DNA of 63,856 nucleotides, filler included, from an uncultured Methanosarcinales archaeon (GTDB taxonomy: Archaea; Nanobdellota; Nanobdellia; Woesearchaeales; CAZKBD01): assembly GCA_964550945.1 (NCBI GenBank). It is 4 parts of 4 records of this genome, joined end to end, with 100 filler letters (N's around TTAATTAATTAA, not from the genome) between each part and the next. Parts side by side here need not be neighbours in the genome. Positions count along the whole stretch, not along the records: positions 17,943 to 35,666 come from CAZKBD010000035.1; positions 35,767 to 53,298 come from CAZKBD010000036.1; 2 more parts are not named here. One strand, given 5' to 3'. Positions 27,833 through 37,999 of this stretch are shown one piece after another. The position numbers were made by a program, and so were the translations under genes. Within the stretch, counting starts at the first letter, position 1. Each line of letters begins with the position of its first letter. The notes under the pieces were generated by a model. It was not told the DNA's origin. It saw nothing but the letters and a program-made list of their open reading frames with translations, and made no database searches.

Positions 27833-28327
27833 GTGGTTTTAGCAAGCTTTATAATCATACATAAAATACTAAAATTTATGTTAAGAAAACTTTTTTGTGA
27901 GATCATATTCACCATATCTAGTATTATGTTCTGCATTCCAATTTTGCCTATGTATTTCATTCTTTGGATTCCACGTACATGTCTAAGAAAAAAAAGCGTA
28001 AAGTTAAATAATAACAACTTAGAGGAAATGCTAAAGAAAGGCCAAAAATGGTTTGGAATAGAAAATAAAAACATACAAGTTAGATTTGCTTTTCAATCTA
28101 TATCTTATTATGACGAAAAAGACAAAAAATATCAAGTAACTATTTCACATTTTTCTAAAAGATATTTAACATTAATACATGAGTTGCATCACATATACAG
28201 AGGCGACTGTGACAATCATAATAACGAGAACATTTTCTTTACTGTTAAACTCGCTTTTAGGTATGTATTTTTATATGAATTTAGGACAGTAATGTATGAG
28301 ATGACAAATTGGAAAAAATTTGTTTAA
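27833..28327 (+). CDS. Hypothetical protein with HExxH metallopeptidase-like motif
   Basis: TLIHELHHI motif; N-terminal hydrophobic segment. Confidence 0.5.
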   Translation: MVLASFIIIHKILKFMLRKLFCEIIFTISSIMFCIPILPMYFILWIPRTCLRKKSVKLNNNNLEEMLKKGQKWFGIENKNIQVRFAFQSISYYDEKDKKYQVTISHFSKRYLTLIHELHHIYRGDCDNHNNENIFFTVKLAFRYVFLYEFRTVMYEMTNWKKFV

Positions 28328-28403
28328 CCTTATCTCTAATTCTACAACCAAAAACAGAAACCTTATTAAAAACAGTGTGATTTATCAAACATTGTGAGAC
28401 TAT

Positions 28404-29381
28404 ATGGAAAGATTGCCATTTGAAAAGATTGATAGAAATATCCTTATTAAAAAAGAATCTGAAACTAATGAAAATTATGGCTGCGAGCCTGATAAAAGAA
28501 AAACCGAAGAGCTTATCCAATACGGAATTATTAACATAGACAAGCCGCCAGGCCCTACTTCTCACCAGGTTAGCGATTATGTCCAAAGGATACTTGGAAT
28601 AACCAAAGCAGGCCATTCAGGAACCCTTGATCCAAATGTCACAGGAGTTTTGCCAATTGCAATAGAGAAAGCAACAAGGATAGTCCAGACATTATTAGTT
28701 GCAGGCAAGGAATATGTTGGAATAATGCACCTTCATAAAGAAGTTCCAGAAGAAAGGCTGAAATCTGTTTTTAAACAGTTCACAGGAAAGATCCAGCAAA
28801 TGCCTCCAGTAAGAAGCGCTGTCAAGAGGCAGTGGCGCAGCAGGAATGTTTATTATTTCAATATCATGGAAATTGATGATAAAGATGTACTTTTCAGAGT
28901 AGGTTGCGAAGCTGGGACTTATATCAGGAAGCTTGTCCATGACATTGGAATTAAACTAAGCATTGGAGCCCATATGTCAGAGCTTAGAAGGACAAAAGCA
29001 GGGCCATTTGACGAATCAAATTTATTCACCTTGCAGGATCTTGCAGATGCTTATTGGTATTACAAAAACGAAAAAAATGAGAAATACATAAGAAAAGTAA
29101 TTCAGCCAGTTGAAAATGCAGTCATGCATCTTCCTAAAGTGTGGGTCATGGACAGCGCAGTAGAAAGCCTATGCCACGGCTCTGATTTGAAAGTTCCGGG
29201 AATATCAAAGATAGAATCAGGCATTAAGAAAAATGATGCAACAGCTATAATGACGTTGAAAAATGAATTAGTTGCGCTTGGCGAGTCATCAATGGCTTCT
29301 GAAGAAATAATGAGATCAAGCAAAGGCTGTGCTGTTGTCACAAACAAGGTGTTTATGAATCCTGGAGTGTATTCTTCATAA
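28404..29381 (+). CDS. cbf5: H/ACA pseudouridine synthase Cbf5
   Basis: DKPPGPTSHQV, GHSGTLDP and GTYIRKL motifs plus PUA domain. Confidence 0.96.
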   Translation: MERLPFEKIDRNILIKKESETNENYGCEPDKRKTEELIQYGIINIDKPPGPTSHQVSDYVQRILGITKAGHSGTLDPNVTGVLPIAIEKATRIVQTLLVAGKEYVGIMHLHKEVPEERLKSVFKQFTGKIQQMPPVRSAVKRQWRSRNVYYFNIMEIDDKDVLFRVGCEAGTYIRKLVHDIGIKLSIGAHMSELRRTKAGPFDESNLFTLQDLADAYWYYKNEKNEKYIRKVIQPVENAVMHLPKVWVMDSAVESLCHGSDLKVPGISKIESGIKKNDATAIMTLKNELVALGESSMASEEIMRSSKGCAVVTNKVFMNPGVYSS

Positions 29382-29382
29382 C

Positions 29383-29652
29383 CTAATCAATTGTAAATAG
29401 CTCCTTAACCTTTTTATCAACTTCAAACAATCCTAAACTTGCTCCAGCATCAAGCCAGCCATGGGCGTAATTCACAGCTGCAAATGCAGTGACAAAATCG
29501 CCTTTTTTGCAGTAGTGCTTTGCATCACTAAAATATCTTGAAGCCATATCAAAAACTTCTTCGCCTTTCTTATCCGTGATTTTAATGCCCTTCAGAGCCT
29601 TCTCTGTTATTGATAGGTATTTTTCAAGCTTTTCAGCAGTTATCTGGTCCAT
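29383..29652 (-). CDS. DUF357 family protein
   Basis: MA.RY.SDAKH...KGD.V.AFAAVNYAHGWLDAG pattern. Confidence 0.85.
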   Translation of the reverse strand: MDQITAEKLEKYLSITEKALKGIKITDKKGEEVFDMASRYFSDAKHYCKKGDFVTAFAAVNYAHGWLDAGASLGLFEVDKKVKELFTID

Positions 29653-29728
29653 TTTAAGTTGTTCGCTTAGGATAGTAATTGGTTAATTATTATTTAAGTG
29701 TTATTATTATTTTTATAGAATTAATAGA

Positions 29729-29941
29729 TTATTTTGCCAATGGATAAGGCCTTTTGACAGTTATTGGTATAACTCCCTGCTCAAATTCCAATTTAGCTAT
29801 CTCCAAAGGATTATAATTCATTTTCTTCAGATCGTCCTCACTTACTTTCACTAAAAAAGGAGCCCCCATTGCTATCTGCAAAGCTCGAGAGCCAAGCATC
29901 CTGGCATTTTCATATTTTGTATATTTTGTTATCTCTTCCAT
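29729..29941 (-). CDS. rpoK: RNA polymerase subunit Rpo6/K
   Basis: [21 protein letters not shown]...IPITVKR. Confidence 0.95.
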   Translation of the reverse strand: MEEITKYTKYENARMLGSRALQIAMGAPFLVKVSEDDLKKMNYNPLEIAKLEFEQGVIPITVKRPYPLAK

Positions 29942-30702
29942 TATAAGAACCCCCTTAGGACTTTTGCTTTTTCCAAAGCAATATTAATCATCTTTTCAAT
30001 ATCATCTTGTGTCAAAGGCGCATCTCCTCCTTTCTGCATTGCGCACAAATTGCCGTCCTTTTGTGAGCTTACAGTAAGCCTGGCATCATAAATCGTCTCC
30101 TCATCAATGTCAGGGTCAACAATAAAGTCATCCCCTATCTTCAAAACCGTGATAGCAATTGGCTCATCTCTAAGTTCTATCTTATCTTTTGTTTTTTCCT
30201 CATAAGATATCTTATCACCATCTAATTTTGGAAAATGAGAATCCTTTAAAGCAGCCAAAGCAGCTAAACTAGAAGCATCTATCAAGTTTCCAGCATCATT
30301 TATAGGGATTATATCTATAAGCAGCAACCATACTTTCTCTCCTTCTTTAATGCACAATTTTTTGAAATCAATTGTCTTGCTCTCTCTTATGCCCCTGTCA
30401 ACAACTCTTGCTAGCTCAATAGCCTGTATTCCTGGAGGCCCTGATTCGAACTCAGGATTTGACATAGGTATCAATTCAGCTCCAACTATTATTGTTCCTG
30501 CATCTTGAACATCAGGGTAAGGCTTGCCAATCTCCATCTTAACTCCGACAACAACCTCTGTGTCTCCAATCTTGACCCTTGCAGAGCCTTCTGCTGTCTT
30601 TGCAACCCCATACTCTACTGTGATGGGCCTATATTCTGTTAATTTTCTCCCATCAAGCCTTATACCTGACTTTAGTAATTTGATCACATGAATTTTATCC
30701 AT
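29941..30702 (-). CDS. rrp42: Exosome subunit Rrp42
   Basis: [15 protein letters not shown] and FESGPP...[14 protein letters not shown] motifs. SD favours ATG 30702. Confidence 0.95.
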   Translation of the reverse strand: MDKIHVIKLLKSGIRLDGRKLTEYRPITVEYGVAKTAEGSARVKIGDTEVVVGVKMEIGKPYPDVQDAGTIIVGAELIPMSNPEFESGPPGIQAIELARVVDRGIRESKTIDFKKLCIKEGEKVWLLLIDIIPINDAGNLIDASSLAALAALKDSHFPKLDGDKISYEEKTKDKIELRDEPIAITVLKIGDDFIVDPDIDEETIYDARLTVSSQKDGNLCAMQKGGDAPLTQDDIEKMINIALEKAKVLRGFL

Positions 30703-31408
30703 CAGATTCACCAACATAACGCTTTTTCAATGCGTCTTTTTGAATTTCATATATGTGCTTGCATGTTTTCTTTGCCATCTCAAGCAGTTTCATCAGCTCT
30801 TCTTTTGAAACCGGGCCATCCATCTGCAGTAAGCTTATCTTGCCAGAGGTCGGCATCATTGCTACAGGTATGTCGGCAACAGGGCCATCATCATAAGACT
30901 CTTCTGAATAGTCCAGGTCAACAAGCAGCTTGTCATCAACTCTTCCAACAGACACTGCTGCAACAAGGTCTTTCATCTTCAGGCCAGCATCTGCCAGAGC
31001 CATTGAAGCTGCGCAAATTCCTGCGCATCTTGAGCCAGCTTCTGTCTGTATCAACTCAATAAAAACATCAACAACTGAATTAGGATATTCCTCTAGATCA
31101 AGCACAGGCAGCAATGCCTTTTCTGTAACCATGGATATCTCTTTTGAGCGCCTTGAGCCGCCTGGCCTTACTCTTTCTCCCCTGCTTGAGAAGGGCATCA
31201 TATTGTAATTGCATCTTAATATCCCTCTTGTAGGATTCTGCAAGAATCTTGGGAATAGGTTCCTTGGGCCATAAACAGCAGCATAAGCTATTGTATTGCC
31301 TATCCTGAAATAAGCAGAGCCATCAGCTCTTTTTATTACTCCAACCTTAGCTTCTATCTGCCTTGTTTCATCAAATTTTCTATTGTCTTTTCTTTTTGTG
31401 TATGCCAT
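30695..31408 (-). CDS. rrp41: Exosome exonuclease Rrp41
   Basis: ADGSAY, VYGPR, RRSKEIS and LLQMDG motifs. Confidence 0.95.
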   Translation of the reverse strand: MAYTKRKDNRKFDETRQIEAKVGVIKRADGSAYFRIGNTIAYAAVYGPRNLFPRFLQNPTRGILRCNYNMMPFSSRGERVRPGGSRRSKEISMVTEKALLPVLDLEEYPNSVVDVFIELIQTEAGSRCAGICAASMALADAGLKMKDLVAAVSVGRVDDKLLVDLDYSEESYDDGPVADIPVAMMPTSGKISLLQMDGPVSKEELMKLLEMAKKTCKHIYEIQKDALKKRYVGESDG

Positions 31409-31416
31409 TTTATAAT

Positions 31417-32106
31417 TTAGTTTTTAGTCTCTTTCTCCAAAAATTCTTTGATCTTATCTGTTAAGCCGCTAAGATGGCTTTCATCTTCAATCTTCCTGAT
31501 CGCCCTTACTACAATCAATTCTTTGCCAGCCTCTCCGTTAATCCATACTAGGCCGTTCTGGCCAACATTGATTCCGCATCCAGTAGCGTCTTTTATCAAT
31601 GTGACCATTGAACCTTGCTTGCCGATTATCCTAGGCACTTTATTGGGAGCCACTTCAATTATCCTGCCCCCTTGTAACTTCCTCAATCCAGGACCCATCA
31701 TAGAAACATTAACCTGCTTTTGTGAAGTGACTGTTGTAACCTTAGTAACAATGTAATCACCAATGTTATAATACTTAGTTAAATCTGCTCCCTTGACTAT
31801 GTAATCAGATGTTGCATCCTTCATAGACAGTAAAGCAGAGTAAGCAGAATTTGTTGAAACAATCCACCCATTAAAGCTGACATCAATGACCTTGCAGATT
31901 ATTGTGTCTCCTCTTTTAGGGATATATTTCCCGGATAGAGGTATCAATTTAAGTGCTCGTCCATCTACTATAAACAGGCCAAGCATCCCTGACAGGATAT
32001 TCTGGCCGTCTCTGTAAGTTCCAAAGCCAGGCAGATAATCCATTCCTTCTGCCAATATCTCCCCTGGCACAACTACTGCTTTGTTTTCTGTGATTATTTT
32101 GCTCAT
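31417..32106 (-). CDS. rrp4: Exosome RNA-binding subunit Rrp4
   Basis: VVPGE, S1 domain and KH domain KVPRIIGKQGSM. Confidence 0.95.
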   Translation of the reverse strand: MSKIITENKAVVVPGEILAEGMDYLPGFGTYRDGQNILSGMLGLFIVDGRALKLIPLSGKYIPKRGDTIICKVIDVSFNGWIVSTNSAYSALLSMKDATSDYIVKGADLTKYYNIGDYIVTKVTTVTSQKQVNVSMMGPGLRKLQGGRIIEVAPNKVPRIIGKQGSMVTLIKDATGCGINVGQNGLVWINGEAGKELIVVRAIRKIEDESHLSGLTDKIKEFLEKETKN

Positions 32107-32804
32107 TTTATTTTTAAGATCTTGCTTTCAACATTTCCATGGCATAATGCATTCAGTTTAGAGTAAAAATCCTCTTCAAGGCCGCCAGGCATCTCCACCA
32201 CAACAACCAAGGAGCCATCCTGCTGCCAGTCCTCTCTCATTACACTGCCAAAACTCTTTACTGTTGAATATGATTTTGCTGCATAATCTGGAGGTATTTT
32301 AACTGCAATCTCCTTAACCTCAAATTTTATAGGAAGTATTGGCCTTATCTGCTTAATAACCTCCTGAATTTGCTTGTTAACATCTGTGAACTCATCAATA
32401 TGCACTTTTGCTTCTGTCATCGCATTCTCTATTCTTTGAGGAGGATGAGGCAAATGTGTTCTTGGGTCAACTGCATTCCTGTGGATCATATCAATAATCC
32501 TTTTCCTTTTTTCCTCTCTAAGGTTATTTTTATAATCAGCACTTAATGGTATTTCGCCTTTCTGGATTATTGCCTTTGCAACCTCAAAAATATCTGCTGT
32601 GCTAAACACAGTTCTCATGGCAGTTTCAGAAGCGACTAACCCTCTCCTGGCATCTGAGTATACATGCTGCACAGCTAATATATCGCGCAAATCCACTTGG
32701 GCTCCTGACTTGAATGCCATAGCCTTGTCACAGTCAACCAGTATCTCAAAGGTCTGGCCATGAGTTTTTAATTTCACTATGCTTGCTTCGTCTACATTAA
32801 CCAT
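32103..32804 (-). CDS. Ribosome maturation factor SBDS/Sdo1
   Basis: FEILVD and DPRTHLPHPPQRIENAM motifs. Confidence 0.95.
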   Translation of the reverse strand: MVNVDEASIVKLKTHGQTFEILVDCDKAMAFKSGAQVDLRDILAVQHVYSDARRGLVASETAMRTVFSTADIFEVAKAIIQKGEIPLSADYKNNLREEKRKRIIDMIHRNAVDPRTHLPHPPQRIENAMTEAKVHIDEFTDVNKQIQEVIKQIRPILPIKFEVKEIAVKIPPDYAAKSYSTVKSFGSVMREDWQQDGSLVVVVEMPGGLEEDFYSKLNALCHGNVESKILKIK

Positions 32805-32811
32805 TTTAACG

Positions 32812-33564
32812 CTACGCTTTCTTTTTCTTCTTTATGCTGCCGCCGCTCAATGCGCTTTCAATCTCTTCTTTGGAGAATTTGCTGAATTTTCTCTCCTTTG
32901 AGTTTATATAAGCTGAATCAATCCTCTCAACGCCAAAATTATCTCCCAATATCTTTTTCAGGGATTTCAGGCAAAGTTTAAGGCCTTCCTCAATTGTGAT
33001 GTTTGGATTGTATTCCTTGTGAAGTATCTCTTCAATTTCAACTTCTCCCTCTCCGATAACGCTTGCTTTGTATTGGAAGAAAATTCCTGTTGGATCTGTC
33101 TCAAAAAGCTTTGGTGTGGAATCATCAATTCCAGCTACAAGTATAGATACTCCAAATGGCCTCAAGCCGCCGCTTTGGGTGCAGATCTGCTTTAAATCGC
33201 ATATGTCTTTTACTACAGATATCGTGTCTATTGGCGAATCATACGTTACTCTATTTTGCTGCGCTTTTAGCTGCGCTCTCTCTATCAAAACCCTCGCGTC
33301 AGACAATATCCCTGAGGCAGTTGCTCCAATATGCTCATCAATCTGGAATATCTTTTCAACAGATTCTGGAACAACTAAGCTGTCAACAATTCTTTTGTCT
33401 GTAACAAGCAAAATGCCATCTGAGCATGTTAATCCTATCGCAGTGCTGCCTTGCCTGACAGTTTTTTTAGCATATTCTACCTGTAATAGCCTCCCATCAG
33501 GGCTGAACATTGTAATGGCTCTGTCATATCCCATTAATTGATGCGGCATTGGTTGCATAGTCAT
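32812..33564 (-). CDS. psmA: Proteasome alpha subunit
   Basis: GYDRAITMFSPDGRLLQVEYA and RPFGVS motifs. Confidence 0.97.
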   Translation of the reverse strand: MTMQPMPHQLMGYDRAITMFSPDGRLLQVEYAKKTVRQGSTAIGLTCSDGILLVTDKRIVDSLVVPESVEKIFQIDEHIGATASGILSDARVLIERAQLKAQQNRVTYDSPIDTISVVKDICDLKQICTQSGGLRPFGVSILVAGIDDSTPKLFETDPTGIFFQYKASVIGEGEVEIEEILHKEYNPNITIEEGLKLCLKSLKKILGDNFGVERIDSAYINSKERKFSKFSKEEIESALSGGSIKKKKKA

Positions 33565-33574
33565 ATCCTCCTTT

Positions 33575-33940
33575 TTAAGCTCCTATTAGATATCTTTTTT
33601 CGGCTTTTTTTAATATCCCGCTAACTCCAACTGAGCGAATGAGAGCTTCTTGATCATTTATGTTATTTACCATCATCAAAGCTGATTTCAAATGGGTTAC
33701 ATGCCTGTTATTTACCCTTATCAGCCCTCTCTTCAAATTATCATTATATTTATCTTTTAAGATCATTATCCCTGCCTGCGCAACTCCAAGCTCTCCAAGA
33801 AATTGCAACGATGAATCACAGATGGTGCTGGAAATAGCATCAAAATTATCCATTTTGCTTCTTGATATGATTTCAAAAGCCAAATACCGCTTTCTTTCCC
33901 TTAAGCTGGGTAACATCGGTTTTAATCTCTTTTTAACCAT
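33575..33940 (-). CDS. pop5: RNase P protein Pop5/Rpp14
   Basis: LPSLRERKRYLAFE...FLGELG...GVSGILKKA. Confidence 0.92.
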   Translation of the reverse strand: MVKKRLKPMLPSLRERKRYLAFEIISRSKMDNFDAISSTICDSSLQFLGELGVAQAGIMILKDKYNDNLKRGLIRVNNRHVTHLKSALMMVNNINDQEALIRSVGVSGILKKAEKRYLIGA

Positions 33941-34222
33941 TTTTTAACAGAAAAAGGCTTTTGCCCTTCTTCATTCTTTTCTCACACATAATGAAAATAG
34001 CTGGTTATATTTAAACGTTACTGTTTTTTTTTGGTTTTGTGTAAGAAGTGAGTAAAAAGTATTGTTTTATACATTCAAATAGGGCTTTTTACACAGAATA
34101 CGGATATAATCCAATGGGTTGGTTAGTGCACAAAACCATCTTAAGGCAAAGATTTATAAAGAAATATGCATTTTCTTACCACCAGTTAGTGGCATATTCT
34201 ATAATGATTATGTAAAATAGAT

Positions 34223-35548
34223 GTGTTCACCTGTATACCCAAAGAGATAAGAATGACATCAAACCTAGAAGAAAGATTAAGGATGATAGGATTAGCAGAA
34301 GCTCTACAAAATAGAGGGAATGTTGATCCCGGGAATATAGGGCGTACAGCCATGCTAAGAAAAGCTGCAGAAGCCAATCGCCCATGGGTTGCCCAAGAGG
34401 TGGAATTTTCATATAGGGTAGCTGCCGCGTACCTAGATGCCAGAGGAATAAGCAATGACAATAGGGGAAGGCTAGCTCAACAGCTAGCATCTGAAATAGA
34501 GGCAAGACATGGCATAGTAGAATTCCCCCCTGTAATAATGTCTACATCCGAAGAAAACTCTGGTCCATATGGCCCAAGAGCACATAAATCCCCCTTAAGA
34601 CCTGAGTTTAAATCTAGAATTGATGAGCTTGCTGGAACTGATGTTTCAAATATCTTCCTTGCATACATGCCTCATGAAAATGCTTTCTTTGATCTGGATG
34701 GGCAAAGGAAATTGGGAGCTCACTTATCAAATGGATTTCAAGGATATCTTTCTCCAACATCTCTAAAAGAGGTTGAATACGCAATAAGATTGCTAGGAGA
34801 TAGGATAAGCACTATACTTATTGACAGGGGCATGCCTCAGGCAGATGTAAGAAAAAAAGCAATAGAAGGGATTAAGAGAGCATACGAATGTGCAATAACG
34901 TTGGAAGATGCTGGAATAAGACGAAAAGAGGTTAGTATTGGAGTATTAAAAACTAAAGGTGAGCCAGATAAAGAACTATCAGCTTACCTTCCTATTGAGG
35001 ACTTGATAGAAAGGACTTTGCCTTATATGGCTCCTGAAAATGTTGCTCATAGCCTCGAGCAGTTCAAGGGTCTAAGAAGGATTATACTTTACCGTTCTGC
35101 TGAGGGAGATTATGGTGAGTTTGAGCAAATAGGTTCTCATTTATCATCCTGTGGCTTTGATAAAGTAACATTAGTCTGCTCTCAATCTGAATTTGAACAG
35201 GAATTTATTAAAGCCGAAACCCATTTTAGAGAGGCTAACCTGATTCATCCATATGCTGCTAGTAATGTAGATACAAGAGAGAGTCACCATATGAGAGCAA
35301 ATTGTGTTGTCCTTATGGATTATTTTTCAGGCCCTAATCAAGATGTAGTTAATATCGACGGCGATACTGCCTCTGGAGCAAGAGAACTGATGAGAGGGTA
35401 TGGCACTAGTGCTAGATGGGCGCATCTATTCCTTCACAAGGTCCCAACACCAGCAGATCTTAATAAGCCTGCTGAACTGGCAGGTTGGGTAAATCATCAT
35501 GGCTTCTCACAAAATGCTGCTCCATTGGATGCAAATTCAAGAAGATAA
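34223..35548 (+). CDS. Hypothetical protein (no recognisable family)
   Basis: 441-aa open frame with natural composition; start may be ATG 34253. Confidence 0.7.
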   Translation: MFTCIPKEIRMTSNLEERLRMIGLAEALQNRGNVDPGNIGRTAMLRKAAEANRPWVAQEVEFSYRVAAAYLDARGISNDNRGRLAQQLASEIEARHGIVEFPPVIMSTSEENSGPYGPRAHKSPLRPEFKSRIDELAGTDVSNIFLAYMPHENAFFDLDGQRKLGAHLSNGFQGYLSPTSLKEVEYAIRLLGDRISTILIDRGMPQADVRKKAIEGIKRAYECAITLEDAGIRRKEVSIGVLKTKGEPDKELSAYLPIEDLIERTLPYMAPENVAHSLEQFKGLRRIILYRSAEGDYGEFEQIGSHLSSCGFDKVTLVCSQSEFEQEFIKAETHFREANLIHPYAASNVDTRESHHMRANCVVLMDYFSGPNQDVVNIDGDTASGARELMRGYGTSARWAHLFLHKVPTPADLNKPAELAGWVNHHGFSQNAAPLDANSRR

Positions 35549-35666
35549 AATATTTTTTCTTTTGCCAACCAACAAACTATTATAAAAATATTTTCAGAAC
35601 AACACAAAAACAGTAAACTTTTGCGTTTCTCCTCTGTAAGCACCCCCTGATTTTTGATGTATATTC

Positions 35667-35766
35667 NNNNNNNNNNNNNNNNNNNNNNNNNNNNNNNNNN
35701 NNNNNNNNNNTTAATTAATTAANNNNNNNNNNNNNNNNNNNNNNNNNNNNNNNNNNNNNNNNNNNN
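35667..35766. other. Assembly linker/gap
   Basis: N44-TTAATTAATTAA-N44. Confidence 0.98.
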
Positions 35767-35922
35767 GCTGCTCTTGCATTCACCGCCCCTAACTTTACAG
35801 TCTGCAATGCCAATGCCCCATTTCCTTATATTGCTGCCGAATATGGCTATAACAATTATGAGAACAATCAAGCAGATGGCAGCGATAATTATGATATTTA
35901 TGGAGAGGTCAGCTTTTTTCAT
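35767..35922 (-). CDS. Small pilin-like protein with class III signal peptide (truncated by the gap)
   Basis: MKKA/DLSINIIIIAAICLIVL; paralog of the two adjacent genes. Confidence 0.75.
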
Positions 35923-36191
35923 TTTTTGATGCAGCAGGCTTGGCCTTCCTGGCAGTCAACCCACGCATCGCCTTTTAATGTGTAATCTGATTTGCATTCG
36001 GCATCAGTACAATAGCCTGGCTGGCTCCAGCAGACCTTGCTTTTGGCATTTGCTTCTGTCTTTGCTGTTTCTTTGCCAAAGATGTTAAACCTGTTAGAAA
36101 AGATAGCTATTAGGATGATAAGAACGACTAAAGCTATCGCTGCAATAATTATTGTATTGATAGACATGCTCTGTGATTTTTTACTACGCAT
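35919..36191 (-). CDS. Small pilin-like protein with class III signal peptide and Cys-rich tip
   Basis: MRSKKS/QSMSINTIIIAAIALVVL...C...GYC...C...C..G..CC. Confidence 0.8.
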   Translation of the reverse strand: MRSKKSQSMSINTIIIAAIALVVLIILIAIFSNRFNIFGKETAKTEANAKSKVCWSQPGYCTDAECKSDYTLKGDAWVDCQEGQACCIKK

Positions 36192-36198
36192 GTTAAAC

Positions 36199-36465
36199 TT
36201 ATCCGCCAATAGTACAGCAGGTTGCTCCTTCTGCATCGCATTTTGCTGCAGCATATTTGGTTGGGTAGCCTTCTACTGAAGTACCAATATCGCCGCAATT
36301 AACGCCAGCTGATGCGCATCTGCCGATAGTTGGCTCGCATTTTGCTGTCTCTTTTGTCCAGATTCCCATCCTTCCTGTAAAGACAACGCTTAAAATTACA
36401 AGAACTAATAACGCAATTGCTGCTATAATAATTGTATTAATTGATATGCTTTGGGCTTTTTTCAT
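36199..36465 (-). CDS. Small pilin-like protein with class III signal peptide and Cys-rich tip
   Basis: MKKA/QSISINTIIIAAIALLVL...CC; GAGGTG SD and own TATA box (candidate major pilin). Confidence 0.8.
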   Translation of the reverse strand: MKKAQSISINTIIIAAIALLVLVILSVVFTGRMGIWTKETAKCEPTIGRCASAGVNCGDIGTSVEGYPTKYAAAKCDAEGATCCTIGG

Positions 36466-36570
36466 AATAACACCTCTTTAGTCTAAATCTGTGACAAGTG
36501 ATATATAAAGTTTTCTATAGGTTTGACTTCATCCATTTAATCATCTAAACTGCTTTTTTCCTTGTAAATG

Positions 36571-36685
36571 AAATTTTAACAACAATAATGGCAGGCGACG
36601 GTCAAAATTTCTTCAAAATTTTGCCCTGCTCGGCACTCCGAAGGAGCCGACCCTCGCCTCGCCGCCACCATTGTTGTTAAAATTT
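36571..36685. repeat. 115-bp multibranch-folding element with 16-bp terminal inverted repeats
   Basis: aaattttaacaacaat/attgttgttaaaattt ends; inner tggc/gcca and aggcga/tcgcct stems; two hairpins. Confidence 0.75.
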
Positions 36686-36699
36686 TTGTAGCTTAAGGC

Positions 36700-37215
36700 T
36701 TAATCGCATATATCGAGTATAACATAAATTGTGCTTGCTCCAGGCAAAGGATATCTTTTTTGCTTTCTTTCACCAAGGCATGAATCTCCTATAGGAGCAA
36801 AACCTGGTAAGTCCGCGTCATTTGCTTCAACTTGGAAGTAATAGTTAAGATTAAGGCCATCTTCGCCTAATGTACGTTCAAGGATATCTTTTGCGTGATA
36901 TGCGGCATAGCCACAAGAATACCAACTCCCACCACCCTCAGAAGGAGGTTTTGTTCCACAATAAATGCTACCTGGATCTCCAAGCGCGCAATCCTGGAAT
37001 AATTTTGCGAAAGTTACTTTTGAGCAGTCTGGCGCTGTTGTGTAGAGCATTGCTCCTATTACGTTTGAAGCAAGCTCTGTTCTGGTGTATTCTTTCTTGT
37101 ATTCTTTTGGCGGCTTAAGAACCACAAACTTTATTACAAAAACCATTCCTAAGAATAGCAAAACCACTATTATCGCTAATCCCATTATTTCCATCTGCGA
37201 TTTTTTACGTCTCAT
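36700..37215 (-). CDS. Pilin-like protein (class III signal peptide)
   Basis: MRRKKS/QMEIMGLAIIVVLL; start moved to ATG 37215. Confidence 0.75.
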   Translation of the reverse strand: MRRKKSQMEIMGLAIIVVLLFLGMVFVIKFVVLKPPKEYKKEYTRTELASNVIGAMLYTTAPDCSKVTFAKLFQDCALGDPGSIYCGTKPPSEGGGSWYSCGYAAYHAKDILERTLGEDGLNLNYYFQVEANDADLPGFAPIGDSCLGERKQKRYPLPGASTIYVILDICD

Positions 37216-37216
37216 T

Positions 37217-37999
37217 TTAGGAATAAACTGCAATTGTGATCCATCCAAAGCCATAAGCCCTTTCTTTTGGATCAAATAATGCTGTTGGGATATACATCTT
37301 TCTTTCGTTTGGTTTTAGTTTGTCTGTTTTGTTGTATACTACCATTTCAGGATCAGTATTATTTGGAAATATCTTTTTGACAGTTATTGTGCTATACTCA
37401 AAGAGAGGATAATAATCATTCATGCTGCTGTTTATAATGCCAGGTGTTGAATTTAGCTTAAGCATGTCAATACAAGGCTCTACTACAATATTTTCCTCGC
37501 TGCATTGAAGCTCAGGAAGAAATGAGAGTTTTTGGGCGATGCTGATTGCCTTGAGCTGCAGATTTTCTTCCCTGCTTTTTTCAACGCTGCCAGAGAACAC
37601 ATTAACAAGGAATATGGAGCCTAGGCCCATCAAAACGAGGAATATCATCAGAACTGCTATTGACTCACCCATTTGCACCTGCGCTTTGGAGCTTATTTTT
37701 ACAACTGAGATTGTTAAGATTACAACAAGATAGTATAGAAAATAAACTATAGATGCAGGTTTTTTTATTATTAAAGGCTCATCTTTTAGATTGTTGTTGG
37801 TTAAGAGTATGTTTTCGTTTTTATCGTTTATTTCTTTGTTACTAGCTACACTAACCTTTCCAAAATTTCCTAATTCGTTTTTATTGTAGAGGATGTTTTT
37901 AGAAACTTCTTTAGTATCGTCAGCAAAAACAAACGGAAGGCACAATAGATCAAGAACTAGCCAAACAATAACTGCATAGTTTACTATTTTTTTTATCAT
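37217..37999 (-). CDS. Pilin-like protein with an internal class III site behind a signal peptide plus TM extension
   Basis: SSKA/QVQMGESIAVLMIFLVL at about residue 105; LPELQCS motif. Confidence 0.65.
   Translation of the reverse strand: MIKKIVNYAVIVWLVLDLLCLPFVFADDTKEVSKNILYNKNELGNFGKVSVASNKEINDKNENILLTNNNLKDEPLIIKKPASIVYFLYYLVVILTISVVKISSKAQVQMGESIAVLMIFLVLMGLGSIFLVNVFSGSVEKSREENLQLKAISIAQKLSFLPELQCSEENIVVEPCIDMLKLNSTPGIINSSMNDYYPLFEYSTITVKKIFPNNTDPEMVVYNKTDKLKPNERKMYIPTALFDPKERAYGFGWITIAVYS

Noticed and set aside
33933..33989. Short ORF MCEKRMKKGKSLFLLKNG upstream of pop5
   Set aside because: No compositional or structural signal; likely chance.
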